A DNA stretch of 48,107 bases, taken from Candidatus Caldatribacteriota bacterium. GTDB lineage: Bacteria; Atribacterota; Phoenicimicrobiia; Phoenicimicrobiales; Phoenicimicrobiaceae. Position numbers and translations under genes: made by a program. Below are positions 34,919 to 44,269 of this stretch, one piece after another. Each line of letters starts with the position of its first letter. Position 1 is the first letter of the stretch. The DNA is taken from positions 1-48,107 of the forward strand of contig JAYEGH010000091.1 in the NCBI GenBank assembly GCA_034659055.1, in the 5' to 3' direction. The notes under the pieces were generated by a model. That model saw nothing but the letters and a program-made list of their open reading frames with translations. It searched no databases and was not told the origin of the DNA.

Positions 34919-35530
34919 TTACTTTTTTTGGTACAGAGAACCGTCCCCTGTACCACTTCCTCCTTTTAATCCAATCTCCTCAGCTACTTCCTGCATTCCG
35001 GCAATGGTATCAGCAATTATTTCGGAAATATCTATTCCCAGCATTTCGGCTCCTTTTAAAATAATCGTTCTGTCTACTTTTGCGGCAAATCTTTTATCTT
35101 TCCATTTTTTCTTTACTGACTTTACTTTTACATCCATAATGCTCTTTGAAGGACGTACCAGAGCAGTTGTTGCGACAAGCCCGGTCAGTTCGTCGATAGT
35201 AAAAAGTACTTTTTCCAAATCTGTTTCCGGTTTTATATTTGAAACGAGTCCCCAGCCATGACTGGCGACTGCACGAACATACTCTTCCGGCCAATTTCTT
35301 TCTCTCATTATTTCTTGGCTTTTGTGGCAGTGTTCTTCGGGATATTTTTCATAATCAAAATCATGGATTAATCCAACAATTCCCCATTTTTCTTCATCTT
35401 CTCCACGTTCCCGGGCAAAATACCGCATGACTCCTTCCACGGCCAAGGCATGTTTAATTAGACCGTCAGTTTTGTTAAATTCGGTTAATAATTGATATGC
35501 TTCTTCTCTAGTAGGTACTTTTGAAACCAT
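34919..35530 (-). CDS. HD-domain metal-dependent phosphohydrolase
   Basis: 203 aa. Has the H...HD signature (HALAVEG...GLIHDFDYE). RBS AGGAGGAATTGTA-ATG. The last 11 codons run through palindromic repeat copy B. Confidence 0.75.
   Translation of the reverse strand: MVSKVPTREEAYQLLTEFNKTDGLIKHALAVEGVMRYFARERGEDEEKWGIVGLIHDFDYEKYPEEHCHKSQEIMRERNWPEEYVRAVASHGWGLVSNIKPETDLEKVLFTIDELTGLVATTALVRPSKSIMDVKVKSVKKKWKDKRFAAKVDRTIILKGAEMLGIDISEIIADTIAGMQEVAEEIGLKGGSGTGDGSLYQKK
34929..34955. repeat. 27-nt palindromic repeat, copy B (TGGTACAGAGAACCGTCCCCTGTACCA)
   Basis: Identical to copy C (reverse-complemented) and differs from copy A at one position (26 of 27 nt match). Lies inside the 3' end of the HD ORF. 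Confidence 0.85.
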
Positions 35531-35614
35531 TACAATTCCTCCTGTTACTTTAATTTATTTTGTTTTATTGAACATTTAATTTTAAATTGATTTTAGCAAT
35601 TTTTTATAATACTG

Positions 35615-36874
35615 TCAAAAGGATTTATTTTTTTCCACTCTTAAAAATCTGTTTAGAATTAATATTGATGATCCTATTATAAAGAATAATATAGCAATTC
35701 CAAATCTATCGGCAATATAACCAAACAAAGGAGCCAAAATTATCATAAAAAAAGAGCGAGTTTGGCTTTCAACCGACATTACAGTAGCTCGTTCTTTTTT
35801 TCTCATATAATTACCGAAAACATCAACTGCCAACGGCCGTCTCCCGTCTTTTAACAGGTATAAAATAAAGTAAAGTAAAATTACTATTAAAGTAATTTTA
35901 CTTTTAATGGCGAAAAACATTATAAAAAAGACTACTCCCAAAACATCGAAACTAATATCCATTAATTTATCTGAGTCATATTTTAAATTCAATCTATAAA
36001 CATTTCGGGAAACCATTGAACTAAAGATGTACATCACTCCATAAATAAGTCCTAAAATAATTTTTAACTGAGTATCTGCATTCATCGAGCTTATCATGTA
36101 AATTCCGGAAATTAAAATAAGATTTTTCAAAATCGGCTGTATGTAATCCTTTAAGATTTTGAAAATTCCATCAAAGAGGGATGAACTTAAAATCACTTTC
36201 CCTAAAGCTTTATTAGAGAAAATTTCTTTTAGTTGATTGATGCTATAAACCCAAAATTTTTTCATACTAAGCTTGGTTTCTACTTGTTCGTTCAAACTAT
36301 TCGGATAAGACCAAATTAATAAAAAATCAAGAATGTAAGGGATAATACTAAATAAGAATATAGTTTGCATCTTAGGTAATTTAATAACTAAAAAAATTGC
36401 AGCAAAGGCAGATAATGATGAACCGATTAAAGAAAAAGAACGGGTACGGCCATAGACAAAAGTTTTATGCTTAAACCACCCTTTCTGTTCCAAATAGGCA
36501 TAGATCATCGCTTTATGCGTTCCGGACCTGAAGGCTTCTCCCAATCCGTAAAATAACATGGCTATCAAAATTATGGAATAATGGCCACCAACATAAAAGA
36601 AGAAAAAAGATATGATGTAAAATATAAAACAAATAACCAGTTCAGTTTTTTTTCCATACTGGTCGGCAAGTATCCCGGAAGGTACTTCAAATATATAGGT
36701 AATGGCTTCCCTAATAGAAAATAAAGTTCCAATTTGAAAAAGATTAAGACCTACAACCTGTATTAGATAAATATACAAGTAGGGCTCAAAAAAGCGCAAA
36801 TTTTTTAAAAATCCGTACAGACAAAATTTTTTTATCTGATTATTCTGTTTGATGACTTGATAGATATCTTTCAT
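35615..36874 (-). CDS. MFS-type membrane transporter
   Basis: 419 aa with about 12 hydrophobic segments and an MFS-like loop GILADQYGKK after TM2. Substrate unknown. Confidence 0.65.
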   Translation of the reverse strand: MKDIYQVIKQNNQIKKFCLYGFLKNLRFFEPYLYIYLIQVVGLNLFQIGTLFSIREAITYIFEVPSGILADQYGKKTELVICFIFYIISFFFFYVGGHYSIILIAMLFYGLGEAFRSGTHKAMIYAYLEQKGWFKHKTFVYGRTRSFSLIGSSLSAFAAIFLVIKLPKMQTIFLFSIIPYILDFLLIWSYPNSLNEQVETKLSMKKFWVYSINQLKEIFSNKALGKVILSSSLFDGIFKILKDYIQPILKNLILISGIYMISSMNADTQLKIILGLIYGVMYIFSSMVSRNVYRLNLKYDSDKLMDISFDVLGVVFFIMFFAIKSKITLIVILLYFILYLLKDGRRPLAVDVFGNYMRKKERATVMSVESQTRSFFMIILAPLFGYIADRFGIAILFFIIGSSILILNRFLRVEKNKSF

Positions 36875-37014
36875 TATATATCCTGATCAAACTTTATCTT
36901 AAAGCTTTACTCTTATATTAAGAATAAACCATCCATCTCTTCTTGTGACGAAAAAATTACCTTAAAGAGGTGAACCTGATGGATTATTAAAGATTTATAT
37001 GAAATTTGATTTTT

Positions 37015-37530
37015 TTATTTTTTATTGGTTCTTTTACGTTCGATTATTGGACTGACAAAGTCTGAGTTTGTTTCGGTGTCCCAAGGAAAAAGTACCCAGG
37101 TATCCTGACTGACTTCAGTAACAAAAGTATCCACCATCGACCGTCCATCTGGCTTTGCATAAACAGTTGCAAAATAAGCACCCGGAATCATATCCCGAAC
37201 AGCCTTCCCTGTTTTGCCGGTATCCACTAAATCATCAATAATTAGGTATTTCTCCCGGTTGTCCTTAAGTTTACTGATACTCTTTAAAATAGATATTTTT
37301 CCCTGATGTCTTAAAGTATAACTGGAAATACATACTGTATCGATATAGCGTATACCTAATTCCCGTGCAATAATTGCTGCCGGAATCAATCCTCCCCGGG
37401 CAACTGCGATAATCCTTTCCCACTTTTTTTTGGTCTCCAATAATCTCCAGGCCAAAACCCGGCTATCGCGGTGAAATTGTTCCCAATTTACTGAAAAGTA
37501 TTTTTGTGATTTACTTTTCTTGTTTTCCAT
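37015..37530 (-). CDS. gpt: Xanthine-guanine phosphoribosyltransferase
   Basis: 171 aa. Blocks IIAVARGGLIPAAIIARELGIRYIDTVCISSY and LIIDDLVDTGKT closely parallel E. coli Gpt. Confidence 0.85.
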   Translation of the reverse strand: MENKKSKSQKYFSVNWEQFHRDSRVLAWRLLETKKKWERIIAVARGGLIPAAIIARELGIRYIDTVCISSYTLRHQGKISILKSISKLKDNREKYLIIDDLVDTGKTGKAVRDMIPGAYFATVYAKPDGRSMVDTFVTEVSQDTWVLFPWDTETNSDFVSPIIERKRTNKK

Positions 37531-37565
37531 TCATCCTCTCCCTAAAAAAAAGTATTTTTATTTTT

Positions 37566-38783
37566 TTACTCATATCTCAGTGCTTCGACCGGGTCCATTT
37601 TGGCAGCTTTCATAGCAGGGTAGAGACCAAAGAAAAGACCGATAATTACAGCAAAACCAAAAGCCAGCAGAACAGAGATAGGAGTAATTACCAAAGGCCA
37701 CTTTCCGGCTTGGGCAATAGCATAGGCACCTAACCAACCGAAGGCAATACCAACCAGTCCTCCCATTCCACTCAAACTCAAAGCTTCAATAAGAAACTGG
37801 CTCATTATATTTTTATTTTTTGCTCCTAATGCTTTGCGAATTCCTATCTCTCTAGTCCTCTCAGTTACCGATACCAGCATAATATTCATAATTCCAATTC
37901 CCCCTACCAGCAGGGATATAGCAGCAATTCCTCCTAACATTAAGCTTAGAGAGGCAGTAACTGAACTGATAGTATCTAAAATTTGGTCTTGACTTAGCAG
38001 GTTAAATTTTTCTTTTTCCTCATCATCCAGATATTTAATTAAAAAATATTCTATCTCTCCTACTGCAGCTGAGGCTTCATCGCCGGAATTCGCCTGAGCC
38101 ATATAATAGGAAACAAATCGGGAATTAGAAAGTTTTTTCATAAAAGTAGTAATAGGTATATAAGCCTGTTCATTAAGATCGCCGGCTAATCCTTTTCCTT
38201 TTTCTTCCATTACCCCAATTACCGTAAAAAGATAATCTCTTTCCTGATAGGATAATTTCATTTTCTCTCCCAGAGGATTATTACTGCCAAATAGTTCTTC
38301 AGCTAATCCCGAGCCTAATACTATAATATTTCGGCTGGTGTCAAGGTCACCTTCATTTACAAATTGTCCCATAGCCAGATTATAATTATTTAACACCTGG
38401 TAATCAGTATTTGTACCGATAATGGTAGTTTGAATATTGAAATTCCCTTTTATCAATAAACCTGAGCCCTGGGAAATAGGTACTACTCTCTTTACCGAAG
38501 GACTTGCTTTCTCAATATAATCAGCTAATTCCAGAGTAAAAACTTCCACCGAACTTGCACTAATACTGCCCCCCCATCCCTTACTGGTCCCGGGCAAAAT
38601 ATTTATAACATTAGAACCCAAATCAGATATTTGTGCAGTAATCTGCTCTCGAGCTCCGGAACCAATAGAAACAATAGCAATTACCGCTCCAACTCCGATA
38701 ATTATTCCCAGCATAGAAAGAAGGGTACGCAGTTTATTTGCTCTTAAACTATCTATTGCCAATTTTATAATTTCAAAAATCAT
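37566..38783 (-). CDS. MacB/FtsX-type ABC efflux permease
   Basis: 405 aa. N-terminal TM, a large periplasmic domain, and a C-terminal FtsX-like three-TM bundle (REIGIRKALGA). Confidence 0.85.
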   Translation of the reverse strand: MIFEIIKLAIDSLRANKLRTLLSMLGIIIGVGAVIAIVSIGSGAREQITAQISDLGSNVINILPGTSKGWGGSISASSVEVFTLELADYIEKASPSVKRVVPISQGSGLLIKGNFNIQTTIIGTNTDYQVLNNYNLAMGQFVNEGDLDTSRNIIVLGSGLAEELFGSNNPLGEKMKLSYQERDYLFTVIGVMEEKGKGLAGDLNEQAYIPITTFMKKLSNSRFVSYYMAQANSGDEASAAVGEIEYFLIKYLDDEEKEKFNLLSQDQILDTISSVTASLSLMLGGIAAISLLVGGIGIMNIMLVSVTERTREIGIRKALGAKNKNIMSQFLIEALSLSGMGGLVGIAFGWLGAYAIAQAGKWPLVITPISVLLAFGFAVIIGLFFGLYPAMKAAKMDPVEALRYE

Positions 38784-39457
38784 GTCTTTACCTCATCCTT
38801 TTCAATTAAACCATCACGTAAATGAATAATCCTTTGGGCATGTTCAGCAATTTCTGCTTCATGAGTTACCATAATAACAGTATGTCCTTGTTGGTGTAAT
38901 TTATCAAAGATTTTCATAATCTCTTCTCCGGTTTTAGTATCCAAATTTCCGGTCGGTTCATCGGCTAAAATAATTAAGGGATCATTAACTAAAGCCCGGG
39001 CAATAGCAGCTCTTTGTTTTTCTCCGCCCGATATCTCACTAGGCTTATGTTTTACTCTATCACCTAAACCTACACTCTCTAATACCTGTGTAGCTAACTT
39101 TCTTCTCTGTTTACTCTTTTGTCCTGCGTAAATAAGAGGGATTTCCACATTATGCAAAATACTGGTTCGAGACAGGAGGTTAAATTGCTGAAAAACAAAA
39201 CCAATACTTTTATTACGAATCTCGGCCAGTCTGTCATCATTCAGCTTACTTACGTCTTTTCCTCCGATTATGAAATTACCCTCTGTAGGTTGATCGAGAC
39301 AACCGATAATATGCATTAAAGTAGATTTACCCGAACCGGAAGGACCCATAATAGCTACAAATTCTCCTTTATCAATATAAAAAGAGACTCCCTTTAAGGC
39401 CTCTACTTTCACTTTTCCCATCTGGTATATTTTTTTTATTTTTTTTATCTCTAACAT
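38780..39457 (-). CDS. ABC efflux ATP-binding protein (MacB/LolD-like)
   Basis: 225 aa. Walker [10 protein letters not shown], signature ISGGEKQR, Walker [12 protein letters not shown]. 4-nt overlap with the permease gene. Confidence 0.9.
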   Translation of the reverse strand: MLEIKKIKKIYQMGKVKVEALKGVSFYIDKGEFVAIMGPSGSGKSTLMHIIGCLDQPTEGNFIIGGKDVSKLNDDRLAEIRNKSIGFVFQQFNLLSRTSILHNVEIPLIYAGQKSKQRRKLATQVLESVGLGDRVKHKPSEISGGEKQRAAIARALVNDPLIILADEPTGNLDTKTGEEIMKIFDKLHQQGHTVIMVTHEAEIAEHAQRIIHLRDGLIEKDEVKT

Positions 39458-39494
39458 TTAGATATTACCTTTATATTATTTTCCTACTCTTTAG

Positions 39495-40544
39495 TTATTT
39501 TTGCGGCCTCATAAATCCACCACCCATTCTAGGAGTACCACCCTGCGTACTATTATCCTTAGAACCGGTTTTAGCAAATTCATAAACATTTATCACTATC
39601 TCTTCACCCTCAATTAATCCATCTTCGATTGCAGTATAAACTCCATCGCTAAATCCGACTTTTACCGGGGTAAACACTGGCTTACTATCTACCACTTTCA
39701 CTACCGTTTGCTGCCCTTTTCGATCAAGGAGTGCGCTAATGGGAACTAATAATTCGCCTTCCGCTCTACCGATAATAATTTCCACTAAAGCGGAAAAACC
39801 GGGCTTAAACTGCTTATCTGCCTTATCTAACTGCACTATAACCGGAAGAGTGACTACTCCGTTTACATTTTGAGTGTAATTATGAATTTCCTTTACTCTT
39901 CCTGAAAATTCTCTCCCCGGAAAGGCATCCAGGATAATAATTACCTCCTGTCCTACTTCTACTTCCAGGCTATCAATCTCATTGACTGCAACTTCAATCT
40001 CGTAACTGCTGTCATCAATTATATAAGCTATTTCCCTTCCTGAATTAATGTAATCATCCACTTTAACGGAAATATTAGTAATCAAACCGGAAAATGGGGC
40101 TTTAAGAGTGGTATTTTCTAAATTTTTCTTAGCAATTTGAAAATTTAGCTCTTGTTCGTTTATTTCACTTTCTGAGCCACTCGTCTTAATTAATTCATAA
40201 GTATTTTTTGCTTTTAAATAATTATATTCTTGCTGACTTTTCTCTAATCGCACCAATACTTCTCCCTCTGTAACTCTATTACCCTCACTGATTAGCACTT
40301 CTTCAATTTCTCCGTTCAGACTAAAAATGAGGGCTTTTTCATCAGCTGCCTGTAGGTAACCACTAGTAGAAACCGTCTTTTTAAGATCTCCCCGTTCTAC
40401 AGATGTAACCATCTGAGGAGTAATCTTGATATTTTGTTCAGTCGATCCCTCTTCACTTGTTTTATTTAAAAACCTGCCTCTGGCAAAAAAAGCAATAATT
40501 ACTACAATAATAATTATTCCGATAATCAACCACTTCTTCTTCAT
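39495..40544 (-). CDS. HlyD/MFP-family periplasmic adaptor
   Basis: 349 aa. N-terminal TM, coiled-coil hairpin, and lipoyl and beta-barrel segments (LKAPFSGLITNISV). Confidence 0.8.
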   Translation of the reverse strand: MKKKWLIIGIIIIVVIIAFFARGRFLNKTSEEGSTEQNIKITPQMVTSVERGDLKKTVSTSGYLQAADEKALIFSLNGEIEEVLISEGNRVTEGEVLVRLEKSQQEYNYLKAKNTYELIKTSGSESEINEQELNFQIAKKNLENTTLKAPFSGLITNISVKVDDYINSGREIAYIIDDSSYEIEVAVNEIDSLEVEVGQEVIIILDAFPGREFSGRVKEIHNYTQNVNGVVTLPVIVQLDKADKQFKPGFSALVEIIIGRAEGELLVPISALLDRKGQQTVVKVVDSKPVFTPVKVGFSDGVYTAIEDGLIEGEEIVINVYEFAKTGSKDNSTQGGTPRMGGGFMRPQK

Positions 40545-40571
40545 CTTTTTTTCACTCCTTAACTTTAACTG

Positions 40572-42020
40572 CTATTTTCTGATTCCCAAAAAATGAGTTA
40601 TGCGTAATTTATTTATTAAAATCTCATCTTTAGCAGATTTAAGATTTATTTCTGCTTCCTGCCACCCAAGCATCTTGTACTGAAATTCACTATCACCAAT
40701 CAAGCCCTGTTTAAGCTGAATCTGATAAGATTCCTCTTCTAATTTAGCTTTTTCCCAGGACATCAATTTTTCTTCCAGGTTCAAACTATTTATTTCCTGC
40801 TGATTAATTAGGTTAGATAGTTCTAATTTTAATTCAGAGACTATCTGCAAATAATCATCCTTTAAATTTTCTAATTTCGCTTGATATCCTTCGTCTTCTA
40901 TTTTCTGTTTTCCTCCGTCAAAGATATCGTAACTTAATTCAACTTCTACTCCCCAAGCATTATCCTTGCTGCTATATGCGCCATATAAATCCACTTGTGG
41001 TTTATTATTAGTTAAATTCCATTCTGCTTCTTTTTGAGCACTGTCTTGATCCAGAAGATTATTTTTAATTTTGTAATAGTTACCCACTGCTAATTCCATT
41101 AATTCTTCTTCTTTCAAATTTAATTCTAAAGATTCAGTCCATTTTATAATTTCTTCTAAAAAAGGCGAGTCTTTCACCAAAAACACTTCGGTTTCTTCCG
41201 GTAAACCTAAATTCAAATACCACCCGTTTTTTTGTTGAAGAAAAGTATTCTGAGCTTGCAAAAAATCTATCTCTGCTTTTTTCAGAGCGATCTCTGCTTC
41301 TATTCCCTGTCTTCCTCCTGCTTCTCCAATCTCAATTTTTTTTAATATCTTACTTAAATCCTCTTGAGCATACTGAAAATTAGTTTCAGCTAAAGATAAT
41401 CTTTCCTGCAGGCGTAAAAGATTAAAATAAGATTCTAAAAATTCTATTTTTTTATATTCTTGCTGCCAGGTTAGATTTTCTTTGGCCTTAAGTAGGTCAT
41501 TAGAAGTTAAATATTTTTCCTGTTCTGATTCGATGGGAAGCACAGGATAAAGGCTTTTGGTTGCACTAAAAGTGCTATTCGGTCCTTCCGAAAGCTTCTC
41601 CAGATCAAACAAGTCTTCCTCTTTTATAGAAATTTCCGATTGAAGGAATATTCCGTTTGAAAATAACTTTGTAGTTTTCATACTGATTTCAGGACCATTA
41701 CTGCTTTCTGAGCTGGTATCTCCCTCATCAATACCATTTGAGTTATCGTCAGTCTGTTTTTCAAAACCACCGGCAATAATCGGATTGGCGCTTATTTCTG
41801 ATTTAAAGCCGTATTCAGTATCAATTATATTTAAACTTCTTTCTATGGTTTCAACGCCGTCTTTTATTTCTTTAATTGAAGAATTATTTTCAATTCCCCA
41901 ATTAAGGGCTTCTTCCAAAGAAATCTCTTTGGCCTGGACGCTTGTCCAGGCAAAAATAAAACTTATGACTATCATTAAAATTAATATAGAAAATGAATTA
42001 TTTTTTTTAATTTGATTCAT
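40572..42020 (-). CDS. TolC-family outer-membrane efflux protein (long paralog)
   Basis: 482 aa with a signal peptide. Repeated helical/coiled segments typical of OEP-family proteins. Carries an acidic, low-complexity insert. Confidence 0.7.
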   Translation of the reverse strand: MNQIKKNNSFSILILMIVISFIFAWTSVQAKEISLEEALNWGIENNSSIKEIKDGVETIERSLNIIDTEYGFKSEISANPIIAGGFEKQTDDNSNGIDEGDTSSESSNGPEISMKTTKLFSNGIFLQSEISIKEEDLFDLEKLSEGPNSTFSATKSLYPVLPIESEQEKYLTSNDLLKAKENLTWQQEYKKIEFLESYFNLLRLQERLSLAETNFQYAQEDLSKILKKIEIGEAGGRQGIEAEIALKKAEIDFLQAQNTFLQQKNGWYLNLGLPEETEVFLVKDSPFLEEIIKWTESLELNLKEEELMELAVGNYYKIKNNLLDQDSAQKEAEWNLTNNKPQVDLYGAYSSKDNAWGVEVELSYDIFDGGKQKIEDEGYQAKLENLKDDYLQIVSELKLELSNLINQQEINSLNLEEKLMSWEKAKLEEESYQIQLKQGLIGDSEFQYKMLGWQEAEINLKSAKDEILINKLRITHFLGIRK

Positions 42021-43090
42021 TCAATATCTCCCTCTTCGATCATCTCTCCTATTAATTTCTGTATGGTTAATTTAGCCGTATAATAATTGAGGATGGCTGA
42101 ATTTAAACTATATTCTGCCTGCGCTAAACTTATTTCTGCTGATAAAAGACTATTTTTAGTTTTAAGACCGGCTTTTACCTGCTCGGCTATTATGTCGCTG
42201 TTTTCTTGTGCCTGTTTCAAATTCTGTTGACTTAAGTCCAAATTATTAATAGCTTGTTTATATAAATAATATTGTGTTTTGATTGAATTGTTTAATTCCT
42301 TTTGGGTTTTATTAAAATTCAAATTAGCTAATTCTATATTATTCCTAAGTTTTTGTAAATCTAATTCAGGACTTGCGGCCACTTCAGCTCTTTCTAAATC
42401 AACCTTAGCCAATTCTATCTGCCTTCTCCTTAGTTCTAAAGTAAAACTATTTTCAATCACTTTTTTTAGTGCTTGTTTTTCGTCTATCTTCCATATTTCG
42501 GGATAATTTACCTCGGTTAAATTAAGTTCTTCTTCCTCTTTATTATTCAATCCTAATTCTAATTGAAATTCTCTAAAAGTTTGTTGATAATCATCATTTG
42601 CTTTTTCCAAATCAAAGGCAGTATTATTGTAGCTGTTTTCCTGTTGAAGAAGATCTAAATTTCCTTTGTGCCCGGCTCTAACCTGTGCTTTAACTTCTTC
42701 CAATAAATTTTTCTCTAATTCTGCTTCTTTACTCTTAGCGGTAATATTTTTTTTAGCCTGATTTAATTGAAGATATTTTTGTACCACATCAATAATTACC
42801 TCATTCCTGGTCTGATTATAATTTTCCTTCGCTTGGAGTAATCCTAAATCTCCCTGTAATTGTATGTAGCGCGATTCAGTGAGCAAGTTATTTGCCTTGG
42901 TCTTTTCATAATCTATCTGAGCATTTTCCAAATCTAAATTTGCAATCTTCAAATCAAGGTTGTTTTCTAAAGCCAATTTAATTGATCGGTTAAAATCCAT
43001 TTCTCCGGTTTTTTCGGCGAATAATGTACCGGAAAAAACAAAAAATACCACCAGAATCGATATTATGCTTTTTACTATATTTTTAATCAT
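42017..43090 (-). CDS. TolC-family outer-membrane efflux protein (short paralog)
   Basis: About 357 aa with a signal peptide and OEP-type helical repeats. The ATG at 43090 has RBS GAAGGTG 9 nt upstream (the ORF reaches a GTG at 43102). 4-nt overlap with the next TolC gene. Confidence 0.7.
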   Translation of the reverse strand: MIKNIVKSIISILVVFFVFSGTLFAEKTGEMDFNRSIKLALENNLDLKIANLDLENAQIDYEKTKANNLLTESRYIQLQGDLGLLQAKENYNQTRNEVIIDVVQKYLQLNQAKKNITAKSKEAELEKNLLEEVKAQVRAGHKGNLDLLQQENSYNNTAFDLEKANDDYQQTFREFQLELGLNNKEEEELNLTEVNYPEIWKIDEKQALKKVIENSFTLELRRRQIELAKVDLERAEVAASPELDLQKLRNNIELANLNFNKTQKELNNSIKTQYYLYKQAINNLDLSQQNLKQAQENSDIIAEQVKAGLKTKNSLLSAEISLAQAEYSLNSAILNYYTAKLTIQKLIGEMIEEGDIE

Positions 43091-43221
43091 AAAACAACAC
43101 ACCTTCTTATTTAATATTTTAAATTAGTAAATACTTTATCTTTTATTTTACCACAATCTCTTCCTATCTTCCTTCTTTTTTCAATCAGAAATTAGAAGAT
43201 AATTTTTATCCTGATAAATTC

Positions 43222-44112
43222 TCATCTTCCCCATAAATTTACAACTATTACTCCAAGTAAGGTAAGGGCCCCTCCAACCAATGCTAAAAAAGCAGGCATT
43301 TCACCCAACCATACCCAGGCAATTATTATAGCTAATACAGGGGATAAATAAAGATAACTTGCTGCTAAAGAAGCCGGAATTCGGGAAAGGACATATGTCC
43401 AGGTAATATATGCTAAAGCAGCTGGGAAAATACCCAGATAAATAATAGCCAGTGTTGCCTCTATCGGTGCATCTTTTATATTTTGGAACAAACCTCGTGA
43501 AAAAAATATTTGAAAAAAAGTGCCGCTCCAGATGGCATAAGTAACAAATTTTAAAGGAGAATACTTCTTTAAATAAGGTTTTTGCAAAACGAAATAAAAA
43601 CTCGTACTAATGGCAGCTAATAAAATCAAAAAAGCCGCCGGTTCAAATACAATTCCTTTACCTTCTCCACTGGCAACTAAACTTATTCCCAAAAAACTAA
43701 TTATAATTCCTATCCAGCCCCAGCTTTTAATTTTTTCTTTCAAGATAAACATAGCCAGGATAGCAGTAAAAATAGGGGCAGAAGCAATTAAAAGACTGGC
43801 AGAACCAGCAGTTACTTTTAATTCTCCAAATGTGAGGGCAAGGTGATAAACGGTTATTCCTACAAAGCCAAGAAAAAATATTGCGGGTAAGTCTTTCTTG
43901 TCAGGCAAAGGCATGCGAGTAACCATAGCATAAACTAATAAAACTAATGAAGCTGTTAAAAAACGAAAAAGGACTAAATTTCCCGGACTGTAAGCCTTTA
44001 ATCCCGCCCTTATACCGGCAAAAGCAGAAGCCCAAAAAATTAGAGTTACGGTTATTGCCATTATAATGCGAAAATCAATAGATACCTTTTCTTGCCCGCT
44101 ATTTTTGCTCAT
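43222..44112 (-). CDS. DMT-superfamily (EamA-type) transporter
   Basis: 296 aa, ten hydrophobic segments in two EamA-like halves. Confidence 0.8.
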   Translation of the reverse strand: MSKNSGQEKVSIDFRIIMAITVTLIFWASAFAGIRAGLKAYSPGNLVLFRFLTASLVLLVYAMVTRMPLPDKKDLPAIFFLGFVGITVYHLALTFGELKVTAGSASLLIASAPIFTAILAMFILKEKIKSWGWIGIIISFLGISLVASGEGKGIVFEPAAFLILLAAISTSFYFVLQKPYLKKYSPLKFVTYAIWSGTFFQIFFSRGLFQNIKDAPIEATLAIIYLGIFPAALAYITWTYVLSRIPASLAASYLYLSPVLAIIIAWVWLGEMPAFLALVGGALTLLGVIVVNLWGR

Positions 44113-44269
44113 GCTTTGTTTCCTTTATTAAAAATATTTGATTACTATTATTATTTTCAATTTGTTATCTTTATAAAAAAAATATGCCACTGGATTAGCA
44201 CATTTAAAGGTTAAATTATTAATAAAAGTATATCACACTTTTATTAATATGGTGATTTAAATAAAATTT

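Noticed and set aside
34896-35261. The 121-aa plus-strand ORF, and the many other 60-125-aa ORFs antisense to long genes (e.g. 335-532, 1262-1513, 1678-1980, 2002-2428, 9476-9853, 26915-27214, 30857-31171)
   Set aside because: All are fully embedded antisense in well-supported longer CDS. They lack RBS and have low-complexity compositions typical of antisense frames in AT-rich DNA.
34310-35530. GNAT and HD genes, each ending in a conserved palindrome, as integron gene cassettes with attC sites
   Set aside because: The element is only 27 nt, whereas attC sites are about 57-141 nt. It lacks recognisable R/L core sites (GTTRRRY), no intI gene is in the window, and a copy occurs in the opposite orientation at a promoter.
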